Origin: a virus
IMG/VR virus record: IMGVR_UViG_3300021964_000045
Coordinates: 1 to 64,000 of that record
DNA: 64,000 nucleotides
Reading direction: 5' to 3' (one strand)
The stretch's first letter is position 1, and each line of letters opens with the position of its first letter. A program made the position numbers and the translations under genes. Below are positions 10,097 to 19,800 of this stretch, piece by piece. The notes under the pieces were generated by a model, which was not told the DNA's origin, made no database searches, and was given only the letters and a program-made list of their open reading frames with translations.

Positions 10097-11113
10097 ATGA
10101 GTGATTACACTATTGTAGAAAAGTATCAGCAGAATAAAAACACTGCTATTGCAATCAGACCTTTTTTTAATCCTAATAAAGATAATATGGGATTACAAAA
10201 TTATGGAATGGCTTTGCATGAAGGTGTTTGGCATGAAGAATCTTTAGCTTGTCTAGAGATGAACGGAGTAAAAAGATATCTTACGGGATTGAATGAATTT
10301 GCTCCTGAAGTAAAAAGATTATCTCCTGGAGAGAGAGAAATTAAAATTAAAGAAATAAGAACTACTGTAGCACAATTGGAAGCAGAATTAGCAGCTAATG
10401 TTATAGAGGTTGAAGATAAAGACTTCTGGAATAAAGTAACATTACTTAAGCCTGATAATGATTCATTTTGGTCACGTATTAGTTTAAGATGTGGTAATGA
10501 TCCAGTTTATTTAGATCCTACAAAAGATTCTTATGATTTAATTAAAATTCATGCTATTAATGCAGGTGGTTTTGCTATGGTTGGTAGATCTTTAAAAGAA
10601 GCAAAGAAAGCAGTAAATGCACCTAAGTTTTATTTAGATCAATTGGAAGAAACCATTAGTGAAAGAACTGTATATACTAAACTTAGAAACAGAGCATTGT
10701 CAGAGTTACAAAAACTTTATGATACTGACATTACTAAGTTGATGTATGTTGCAAAAAGTGTTGACATGGAAAGTGTACAATACACTAAATCAACACCAAA
10801 TGATATCATGTATGAAAATATGGATATGTATATAAATGGTGAAGGAACTGAATCAAATAGCAAAAGAGCTGCACAACAGTTTTTAGATGCTTCTAAAGAT
10901 TCAATGGAAAATCTTAAAATTAGAGCTCTTGTTAAAGATGCTTTATTTTATAGATTTATACTTCCTAAATCTTCAGGTTGGATTGAAACAATGGATAGTT
11001 CAGAAAAGCTAGGTAAAAGATCTGGTGAAGTAATTGAATATCTAAAGAATCCTGCAAATGAAGATACACTATTAAGTTTACTATCCAAGGTTGAACCTTA
11101 CTGGAACTCGTAA
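10097..11113 (+). CDS. conserved crAss-like head-module protein (first gene after MCP)
   Basis: Position and size (338 aa) match the conserved gene following MCP in crAss-like phages. Confidence 0.55.
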   Translation: MSDYTIVEKYQQNKNTAIAIRPFFNPNKDNMGLQNYGMALHEGVWHEESLACLEMNGVKRYLTGLNEFAPEVKRLSPGEREIKIKEIRTTVAQLEAELAANVIEVEDKDFWNKVTLLKPDNDSFWSRISLRCGNDPVYLDPTKDSYDLIKIHAINAGGFAMVGRSLKEAKKAVNAPKFYLDQLEETISERTVYTKLRNRALSELQKLYDTDITKLMYVAKSVDMESVQYTKSTPNDIMYENMDMYINGEGTESNSKRAAQQFLDASKDSMENLKIRALVKDALFYRFILPKSSGWIETMDSSEKLGKRSGEVIEYLKNPANEDTLLSLLSKVEPYWNS

Positions 11114-11123
11114 ACTATAAATA

Positions 11124-11825
11124 ATGAATAATCAGACTCTACAAATTAAATTAAAGCAAAGACTTAACAAGCTTGCCAGTAATGACTATGATAATATAGA
11201 ATGCTGGCAAGTTGTAGAGACTTTTAATAAAGCTCAGGTGGAATGGGTGAGACGTCAATTGCATGGTAACAATATGTTCCGTGAAGGAGATGAGATGTCA
11301 AAAAGAAGAATAGATGATTTACAGATTCTATTAGAAGAAACAAATCTACCTGGTATACAACTTGATAACTTTTTTGAATCTACTGCCATTCCTGCTAACT
11401 ATATGGAATTCAAAAGGATATCTGCATTTGCTACAAGTGAATGTTGTCCTGAGCCTAGATCAATGACAGTTTATCTTGCTGAAGAAGCTAATGTAGATTT
11501 GCTTATGAGAGATCCTTTGAAGAGACCTGATTATGAATGGGGTGAAACATATTGCACATGGATTGGTAATGATGTTAGAGTATACAGAAGAGATTTTAAT
11601 ATTACTGATGTTAATTTAACATATTACAGACAACCAACTCTTATTGAAATAGCAGGTTGTCAAAATCCTTATGATGGCACTACTACAGTTACAGATGTAG
11701 AAGCTGATTTTAAAGATGATATAATGGAATTATTATTGGATGAAACAGCAGCTGTAATTGCAGGAGATATAGAAAACTTTAATCAGTATACAACTAATCA
11801 GCAAGATGCTGAGAGAAATAATTAA
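11124..11825 (+). CDS. putative head-tail ring/adaptor protein
   Basis: 233 aa with helical N-terminus (FNKAQVEWV) and a LTYYRQP motif; crAss-like gene order. Confidence 0.55.
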   Translation: MNNQTLQIKLKQRLNKLASNDYDNIECWQVVETFNKAQVEWVRRQLHGNNMFREGDEMSKRRIDDLQILLEETNLPGIQLDNFFESTAIPANYMEFKRISAFATSECCPEPRSMTVYLAEEANVDLLMRDPLKRPDYEWGETYCTWIGNDVRVYRRDFNITDVNLTYYRQPTLIEIAGCQNPYDGTTTVTDVEADFKDDIMELLLDETAAVIAGDIENFNQYTTNQQDAERNN

Positions 11826-11827
11826 TC

Positions 11828-12310
11828 ATGGATTATAAAAGACCTTTAAAACCAAAAGACAATTCTAAAACAAGTTTATCTAGACCATCTGTAAAAAAAG
11901 CTTCAATGGAAAGATCTGATGAAATGAAAAAGGTTGATGCAATTACTTCTGATCTTGTTGTTGAAATAATGAATGCTAGAACTAGTTTTCACAAATTGCA
12001 TTTACAAGTTACAGGAGATGGATCATTTGCACAACATAAAGCATTAAATGAAATATATGATGCTTTACCAGATCTTATAGATACAGTAGCAGAAGGATAC
12101 CAAGGAGCATGTGAAGTAATATTAGCATATCCTGATAAAGCACCTGTTACTTTAACTAACGTTGAAGGTGCTATTGAATATCTTAGATTTTTATCTTCTC
12201 AGGTTACCAACGCTCAAGCAGTAATACCACATACTGAAGTTGTAAATAATTTAGATCTTATTAAAGATGAAATTAACGCAGCTAAATACAAATTATTATT
12301 TCTTAGTTAA
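11828..12310 (+). CDS. ferritin/Dps-like four-helix-bundle protein
   Basis: FHKLHLQVTG...FAQHKALNEIYDAL...IDTVAEGYQG matches the Dps ferroxidase helix pattern (H...H...D..AE). Confidence 0.75.
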   Translation: MDYKRPLKPKDNSKTSLSRPSVKKASMERSDEMKKVDAITSDLVVEIMNARTSFHKLHLQVTGDGSFAQHKALNEIYDALPDLIDTVAEGYQGACEVILAYPDKAPVTLTNVEGAIEYLRFLSSQVTNAQAVIPHTEVVNNLDLIKDEINAAKYKLLFLS

Positions 12311-12330
12311 TTGGTAAATTAAAAGAAAAA

Positions 12331-12340
12331 TTGTATATTA
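12331..12340 (+). promoter_or_regulatory. TTGTATATTA promoter-like motif
   Basis: Repeated intergenic 10-mer; a TTG at 12311 lies 20 nt upstream of TATATTAT. Confidence 0.65.
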
Positions 12341-12393
12341 TATATGTGCAATGACGCACAATTATATATTTGTTAAATTTAAATTAGAAAAAA

Positions 12394-13605
12394 ATGGCTT
12401 ATTTTAATCATGCTTTTTATAAAAGCTTTTTAGCATCAGACGCAAGTGCTGCTGATGGAACAAAAACTTCTGCATTGGCTCCTGGTCAATTGGCATTAGT
12501 TGACGGTAAAGACTGGACTGCTCATGCAGGTGGTGCTTTCCCTACACCTGGACTTGCTTATTTAGTTCAAGGTTCTTTACATGCAAGTGACACTATTGGT
12601 GGTAACAAACATCATGGTGGTTACGCTGAATCTGTAAAATCAAAAGGAATTAACCCAAAATACTTAACAAGAGTATGGGAATCTTCTTGTATTGATGCTG
12701 CTCCAGCAACAGTAGAAATTGAAGTTGGTCCTAAGTGTGCACCATGTGGTTCATCACTTTTCATGAGACTTGACGTTAAAGGTGCTCCTGCATTACGTTT
12801 TTTAAATCACAATGCTTACGCTGTTGGTGATTCTGCTGGTGTATGTTGTATTGATGGTCAAGAATTTGTTGATCCTGCATTAGCACTTGCTGAAGCTGCA
12901 AGAATGTTGCTAGCTGATCCAATCATTGAACCTTTTGTTAAAGAAGCTGTAGGTGGTGGTGTATCAATTACTACTAGTGCTTCAGGTGCTCCTGTAACTA
13001 CTGTATACACAATTGAAGATGCATTGAATGGAACTTACGTACCATCTACTGATCCAGTAGCTGATGCTGTTTCTGCTAAAGTTGCTTTTGTTGGTGCTTA
13101 TGTAGATACTAAGTTTGGAGATTGTTCTTTTGATACACGTGATTACTTTGGTAAAGAGCCAATTCAATTGGTAGCTTCTATCATGGATGAAACTGGTAAC
13201 CCATGTAATGATTGTGGTACTGTAGTAACTACTCCAGGTACTATGCAACAAAAGACTGGTGAGAGTGTTTTAAGAAACATTTTATTGACAGAGTCTTATG
13301 GGCAAGCTCCTTTCCATCAAGGAAACACGGATGCACAACGTATGCGTGAGATTGAAGGATCTGAGGAAGTAATTGCTGCTGTTGATCGTTCTGCTTTATA
13401 CAAAGCTTACTATGTACAACACAGTATTCCACGTTTAAACAATGCTACAAGCGTATTTGATAATGATCAGTATGTTTATGAAATCTTTGTTAAATGTGAT
13501 GATGCTGCAACTCAAGGTGAAGTTGAAGCATTATTGGATGTATTGATTGCTGCAGCTGTAGCTTCAGGAAACCCAATTGTAAGAGAAGATTCTATTGATC
13601 AATAA
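12394..13605 (+). CDS. abundant virion structural protein, possibly auxiliary capsid protein
   Basis: 403 aa with its own promoter motif and terminator, MCP-like codon bias and a position in the crAss-like head module. Confidence 0.55.
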   Translation: MAYFNHAFYKSFLASDASAADGTKTSALAPGQLALVDGKDWTAHAGGAFPTPGLAYLVQGSLHASDTIGGNKHHGGYAESVKSKGINPKYLTRVWESSCIDAAPATVEIEVGPKCAPCGSSLFMRLDVKGAPALRFLNHNAYAVGDSAGVCCIDGQEFVDPALALAEAARMLLADPIIEPFVKEAVGGGVSITTSASGAPVTTVYTIEDALNGTYVPSTDPVADAVSAKVAFVGAYVDTKFGDCSFDTRDYFGKEPIQLVASIMDETGNPCNDCGTVVTTPGTMQQKTGESVLRNILLTESYGQAPFHQGNTDAQRMREIEGSEEVIAAVDRSALYKAYYVQHSIPRLNNATSVFDNDQYVYEIFVKCDDAATQGEVEALLDVLIAAAVASGNPIVREDSIDQ

Positions 13606-13628
13606 ATATTAGATAACTCTAAATAATG

Positions 13629-13664
13629 AAGGGTGAGGGAGAAATCTCTCACCCTTTTTATTTT
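13629..13664 (+). terminator. intrinsic terminator
   Basis: AAGGGTGAGGGA-GAAA-TCTCTCACCCTT followed by a T-rich tail. Confidence 0.9.
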
Positions 13665-13680
13665 ATAATTAGATCTTTTT

Positions 13681-13690
13681 TTGTATATTA
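13681..13690 (+). promoter_or_regulatory. TTGTATATTA promoter-like motif
   Basis: Repeated 10-mer immediately after a terminator and 48 nt before an ATG. Confidence 0.65.
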
Positions 13691-13728
13691 TTACTGTAGC
13701 ATAATAGTTTTATTTAATCAAAATAATC

Positions 13729-14280
13729 ATGGCAGATAAGCACATACTAAGTTTAGAAGTTCCAACAGTAGCAAACTGTGAGATACTATCTATAAAAGAT
13801 ACAAGCCAATATTCATCTAAGCTTAATGTAGATTGCGGTGAAATATTCATTACTCCTCCTGGGTATAATGCACCTGCTATTATAAAAGTAGACCCAAATT
13901 TTGATGTTACTTTAAATGGGTGCCTTTTAGGAACTCAAGTTGATAATTGCGGTACAATGAGAACACAATTACCTGATGGAATATATATAATTAAGTATGT
14001 TGTTTCTCCAGGATTAAAAGTTTTTGTAGAGTACAATCATTTAAGAATAACAAATTTACTTACTTTATACTATGAAACTCTTTGTCATATTGATGTAAAG
14101 GATTGTGAACCCCATAGTGAAAGAAAAGATTTAATTGATGAAATGAAATATATTAGAACTTTGATAGACGCAGCTGTAGCTAAAGTAGAATATTGCAATA
14201 GTCCATCAGAAGGTATGTCTTTATATGATTATGCTAAGAAAAGATTACAAAAGATATCTTGCAAAGTTGTAGGATGTTAA
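13729..14280 (+). CDS. Cys-rich putative structural (collar/hub) protein
   Basis: 183 aa with LPDGIYIIKY motif and multiple Cys; first gene of the fibre operon. Confidence 0.5.
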   Translation: MADKHILSLEVPTVANCEILSIKDTSQYSSKLNVDCGEIFITPPGYNAPAIIKVDPNFDVTLNGCLLGTQVDNCGTMRTQLPDGIYIIKYVVSPGLKVFVEYNHLRITNLLTLYYETLCHIDVKDCEPHSERKDLIDEMKYIRTLIDAAVAKVEYCNSPSEGMSLYDYAKKRLQKISCKVVGC

Positions 14281-14299
14281 ATTAAAAAACCAATAAATT

Positions 14300-14422
14300 A
14301 TGTGTAAGCACTGTAATAAATCATTTAGTTGTGGATGTCAAAAAACAAAAGCTTCAAATGGAGTTATTGTTCACAAGACATGTCTTAAACAATATGAAGA
14401 AGCTTTAAAAAATAGCAAATAA
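14300..14422 (+). CDS. small Cys/His-rich protein, 40 aa (MCKHCNKSFSCGCQK...HKTC), not in the ORF track
   Basis: Fills the gap between two genes, has CxxC-x5-CGC...HxxC, and is preceded by the AAAACCAA element shared with other genes. Confidence 0.7.
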   Translation: MCKHCNKSFSCGCQKTKASNGVIVHKTCLKQYEEALKNSK

Positions 14423-14427
14423 ACAAC

Positions 14428-14934
14428 ATGGATTCTGCATTAGAAAAAACAATACACACTCAGCAAAAATTTGCAACAGCAGTGTATAAAAATTTTATGT
14501 CATTAAGATATGGAATGGAACCTTGTTGCATTGTTGATATGGAAGCAGCTGTAATAGATAAAGAACTTTGTGATTGGCAATCCTTAAAAAGTAAAAATGA
14601 AATGGGTTTAAGAAAAAGAAATATAAAACAATGTGAAACAGCTTCAGAAAAAGATGCTGTTATATGGACAAGTGTTGATGTAGATGCTTTAATAAAAAGA
14701 TTAGACATATTAGAAACAACAACATTAGAAGATGAAAAAGATTTAAACTTTATATATGAACAACCTGTAGGATCACTTAAATGGGTTATAAATCACAATT
14801 TAGGTAAGAAGCCATCTGTAAGATTAGAAGATCTTGCTGGTAATGATCTTATGGCTGAAATAGATTATATAAATAATAATACATTAGAAATAGTATTTGC
14901 AATACCTGTTGCTGGTAGTGCTTATTTAAATTAA
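14428..14934 (+). CDS. structural protein with C-terminal fibre-associated beta domain
   Basis: C-terminal WVINHNLGKKPSV...IDYINNNTLEIVF pattern, common in phage fibre proteins. Confidence 0.55.
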   Translation: MDSALEKTIHTQQKFATAVYKNFMSLRYGMEPCCIVDMEAAVIDKELCDWQSLKSKNEMGLRKRNIKQCETASEKDAVIWTSVDVDALIKRLDILETTTLEDEKDLNFIYEQPVGSLKWVINHNLGKKPSVRLEDLAGNDLMAEIDYINNNTLEIVFAIPVAGSAYLN

Positions 14935-14977
14935 TAGCAACAAATAAATAACAATTAATAACAACTAAAAAACAATT

Positions 14978-16825
14978 ATGGCTTTTAAGTATTTGTCTCA
15001 TTTAGAGACGTTAAACATTGACATGCAAGGGTATGAGTTACAGAATGCTGTAGTACACTCTCTTACCACTGCAACAAGACCCGCCAGTCCAACTGAAGGG
15101 CAAATTATTTACAATCAGACATCATCTTCTTTAGAAGTTTATGATGGTTCTAGTTGGGTATCTGCAGCTGGTGATATTACTGCTGTAACTGCCGGTGCTG
15201 GTTTATCAGGCGGTGGTGCTTCAGGTTCTGTCACACTTGCTTTAGATTATGCTGGTGCTGATAACTTTATCTTAGCTGCTGGTGCAGGTTCAGGTGATGT
15301 TACAACATCAATGAAGATTGCAGTTAGTAATGCTTCAGATAATGTAGATTACTTTACAGTAGCTGCTTTACCATTTACAAATAACACTGGTACTGTAACT
15401 TCTGTTGGTGGTACTGGTACAGTAAGTGGTCTTACTCTTACAGGAACTGTAACTAGTTCTGGTAACTTAACACTTGGTGGTGCATTAACATTAACTTCAG
15501 CACAAATAGTAGCTGGTTTAGGTTATACACCTTATGATGAGACAAATCCAGACGGATTTACAGATTTTGCTGAACCAGGTATTTTCTCTGGTGGAGGTAC
15601 TCCTACATTAGCTGCTGGCGTTACTGCTGCAGAAATCAGAACATTAATTGGTGCTGGTACTTCAAGTACTTCAGGTACGGTTACTTCTGTTGCTGCTGCT
15701 GGTAATGACGGAATTACAGTTTCTGGTTCTCCAATTACTGGTGCTGGTACTATTACGTTAGGTTTATCAGACGGTGGGGTTAGTAATGCTAAATTAGCTA
15801 ATTCTTCTGTAACGTTTGGTTCTACTACAGTTGCATTAGGTGCTACTTCAACTTCTATTGCTGGTTTAACTGCATTAGATTTTGTAGCAGGTGATAGATC
15901 AATTGGTGCTTCTATTGGTGCTAATGATTTAACTCTTGGTGCTGCTGCATCTACAGTTGTAATTCCTGGTAACTTAACTGTTAACGGAACAACAACAACT
16001 GTTAATTCTAACACTGTAAATATTGGTGATGCAATTATCACATTGAATTCTGATGAAGCAGGTGCTCCTTCTCAAAACGCAGGTTTTGAAGTAGAAAGAG
16101 GTACATCAGCTAATGTTCAGTTTGTATGGGATGAATCAGCTGATAGATGGGACTTTGGTGCTGCCTATGATGTACGTGCTAATGCCTTTGTTGGTGATCT
16201 AGAAGGTAATGCTGACACAGCATCTGCTTGGGCAACTGGAAGAACTATTACTCTTGGTGGTGATGCTGCTGGTTCTGTATCAATTGATGGTACTGCCAAC
16301 GTAACTCTTACTGTTTCTGGTGTTGAAGCATCTAGCGTTAAAGCTAACTCTGTTGCTCTTGGAACTGATACTACTGGTAACTATGTGAAATCTATTGTTG
16401 CTGGTGAAGGTATTGATGTTACTGCAGCTGGTGAAGGTGCAGACGTAACAATTTCTGCTGAAGATGCTTCTACAAGTAATAAAGGTATTGTTGAATTAGC
16501 AACATCTGCTGAAGCAGTAGCAGGAACTGATACTTCACGTGCTGTAACACCAGCAGGAGCCAATGCATTAGTTACAGACAGAATAAATGCACATAAGTTT
16601 GCTGATACGATGCCAGCAGGGCTAGTAGTTTATCCAGCTCCGCATGGTTTTGGTAGTACTTTTGGTGTTGTTACTGTTCTTCCTATAGTTGCTACTCTTT
16701 TTGATGCAGTAACAGGTGAGCAAGTTATGGCTGAAATGGTTCAAGTAGATCCAGATAACCTTGAAATTAGATTGGTAGCACCACATGCTAACGATATAAT
16801 TATAGCATTACAATACGTTGGGTAA
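14978..16825 (+). CDS. fibre protein (Gly/Ala/Thr/Ser-rich)
   Basis: GTVTSV repeats, GNLTVNGTTTTVNS and the fibre repeat KGIVELATSAEAVAGTDTSRAVTP. Confidence 0.75.
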   Translation: MAFKYLSHLETLNIDMQGYELQNAVVHSLTTATRPASPTEGQIIYNQTSSSLEVYDGSSWVSAAGDITAVTAGAGLSGGGASGSVTLALDYAGADNFILAAGAGSGDVTTSMKIAVSNASDNVDYFTVAALPFTNNTGTVTSVGGTGTVSGLTLTGTVTSSGNLTLGGALTLTSAQIVAGLGYTPYDETNPDGFTDFAEPGIFSGGGTPTLAAGVTAAEIRTLIGAGTSSTSGTVTSVAAAGNDGITVSGSPITGAGTITLGLSDGGVSNAKLANSSVTFGSTTVALGATSTSIAGLTALDFVAGDRSIGASIGANDLTLGAAASTVVIPGNLTVNGTTTTVNSNTVNIGDAIITLNSDEAGAPSQNAGFEVERGTSANVQFVWDESADRWDFGAAYDVRANAFVGDLEGNADTASAWATGRTITLGGDAAGSVSIDGTANVTLTVSGVEASSVKANSVALGTDTTGNYVKSIVAGEGIDVTAAGEGADVTISAEDASTSNKGIVELATSAEAVAGTDTSRAVTPAGANALVTDRINAHKFADTMPAGLVVYPAPHGFGSTFGVVTVLPIVATLFDAVTGEQVMAEMVQVDPDNLEIRLVAPHANDIIIALQYVG

Positions 16826-16869
16826 TAATTAAATAATCAATTAGATTTGTAAAATCTAAAAAAAGAAAT

Positions 16870-19800
16870 ATGGCAATTAAAATTTTATCTTCATTAGAAC
16901 TTGGCAATTATCAGTTTTCATCAGAAGATGGTAGCAATGGTCAAGTGTTAACAACAGATGGTAGTGGAAATGTGAGTTTTCAATCAATCCCACAATCTTC
17001 TAACTTTTATTTGAACGGTGCATCTTTTAATACAGGCTCAGGGGTATTAACTTTGACTGTTAATGGTGCAACTAATCAAACTGTTGATTTAGATGGCAGA
17101 TATGCTTTAAGCAGTCATGTTCATGATTATGACAATTATGGTTCTTGGTCACTTAAAACAAATAGTGTTCAAAGAACTACTGTACAGTCTGGGGGCACAT
17201 TAGATCTTATTGCAGGATCTAATGTAGCCCTCAGCTACAGTGCTGGAGGAAAAGTCACAATTTCTTCCACAGATACAAATGATAATACAAATCATTATGT
17301 GACAGGTGCATCTTTTAGTACCAGCAATGGTATACTAACATTAAGTAGACTTGGTTTAGGTGATCTAACGGTAGACCTAGATGGTAGGTTTACAGATAAT
17401 GGTTACGCAGATGCAATGAATCAACATGTAAGAGTTGCTGATTCACCTACATTTAGAAATTTAACTCTTGGGGGAACAGCTAATCCTAGATTAGATTTTA
17501 ATGGATCAAGTGATACTGGTGTTGATATGTCAATTGTAGCTACTCCGGAAGGTCTTGATTTTATTGAGCCAGAACAATCTGATAAAATACAGTTTCAAAT
17601 ATTTGATGATGGTGGTGTAAATTCTCCATTTGGTTATCAGTGGAACGGTCAATCATTAGATTCAAGGTATGCAGCGGCTTCTCATGAACATCCTATTTCA
17701 GAAGTAGCAGGTTTACAAGAACAATTAGATGGTTTACAACCAGCTGGTTCTTATTTAACAAATGAGACTTTAACAGAATTATCTATAAGTGCTAATGTTC
17801 TTACATATAAAGATGAAGCAGGAGTTACCCATGATATAGATTTATCATTATATTTAGATGATAGTAATCTTGCTAGATTGACAAGTGGTACTCTTAATGG
17901 TAGTACAGGTGTTGCAACTTTTACGCGAAGTGATAGCTCTACATTTACTGTAGATTTTAGTGCATTTCTTGCAGACGCTAATAACTATGCTGATGCACTT
18001 TCTTTTAGTACTAGCAATGGTGTTCTTACTTTAGGAAGAAACGGATCTTTAGCTGATTTAACTGTAGATTTAGATGGTAGATATTTAACCTCATTACCAA
18101 GTCATAACCACAATTCATTATATGATACAATTGGTTCTGCCAATGAAGTAAACACAAGAATTGATCAAGAAGTATTACCTGCTATTGATGCTAAATTAGA
18201 TAGTTCTGTAAATCCAATTAAAGCTGCTACAGTGTCTAATGATACTATTACATTTACAAGAGCAGATAATACAACATTTAATGTAACAACTTCTGATGCA
18301 AATACATGGAGAGGAATTCATGATACACCAGTTGATGGTGCTACTGCAATTTCAATTAGTTCTAACTGGGCTTTTGATAATGTTAAAAAAGCAGTTCCTT
18401 CTAATGCGGTATTTACAGATACTAATACACAGCTTACAGATGCGCAGGTTAGAAGTAAATTTAGTGCTGGTTCAAATGTTTCTATAAGTTCATCTGGTGT
18501 AATATCATCAACTGATACAAATACTGATACAAATAATTATTTAAGTTCTGCTTCTTTTAATACAACTAATGGAGTACTTACACTTAATAGAAGTGGATTG
18601 GGTGCAGTAACCGTTGACTTAGATGGGCGTTATGCTTATAGTTCACATAACCACACTTCTTTAACAGGAGTTACTTCCATAGGCTTTGCTGCACAATCAT
18701 CAGATGCTGCTTCAATTTCAACAACCATTAGTAGTACATCAACATTTTTTGATTTTAACTTAACTGATGACAATAGTAATGATTGGTGGAGATGGAGGTT
18801 TACACCTTCAGGTAGTACGGTTTATGATGCAATGACATTAAAACCTATAAGCAATGGTAGATCAGATTTAACTCTTTCTGGTGTTATGTATGCTTCTGGT
18901 GGTAATAGTGGTCAATGGAATCAAGCAGTTGCTTGGGGTAATCATGCTCTTGCCGGATACACAAGTAATGTAGGTACTTTAACAGGTATATCTACAGGTA
19001 CTGGTTTGGATGGAACTTGGAGTTCTGGTTCTGGTACTATTACTTTGGATTTATCTGAGTTAGCTGATAAAACTGATGCTATTGATGCTTCAGTTGATGA
19101 AATAATAATGTTAGATAATGGAGCAGAAAGAAGAAAAAGGTTTGCTGAAATCTTTGGTTCTGCTGCATATGTGAATACAGGATCTTTTGATGCTGCTGGT
19201 TCAGCTGCTGCTGTAGCTGATGAACTCAATCTAAGAATTGATAATGAAGTTTTTTCTGCAATCCCAACAAATAACAATCAATTAACAAATGGGGCTGGTT
19301 ATATCACGGATGGTAATACTGGGTGGAATAACACTTACGGTTTTATTACAGATGGTAATACTAATTGGAATAATACTTATGGGTTTATTACTGCTAGTTC
19401 TACCGACACCCTAACTAATAAGTCAGGTAATATCTCTCAATGGACTAATGATTCTGGATATATTACATCTATACCATCATCATATGCAACTGATTCTGAA
19501 GTTGACACTAAAATAACTACAGCAATTAATAATCTTATTGATGGTGCACCTGGTGCGCTTAATACATTAAATGAATTAGCTGCAGCAATTGGTGATAATT
19601 CTAGCTATGCAGCTAGTATCACTACAGCATTGGCTGGAAAGCAAGCAGCAGGTAATTACTTTACAGATGGTGATACTGTTATTAACATGGCTAATAATGA
19701 TGGTTTTGTTTATAATGACTCAACCAACAGAATGTATGTTAAACTTGATGGTAGTGACAAGGAGATTTATCATACAGGTAATTTTAATCCTGCAAGTTAT

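Noticed and set aside
16841-16859. TTAGATT-TGTAA-AATCTAA inverted repeat as a terminator
   Set aside because: The stem is weak and AT-rich with no + strand U-tract; it could be chance.
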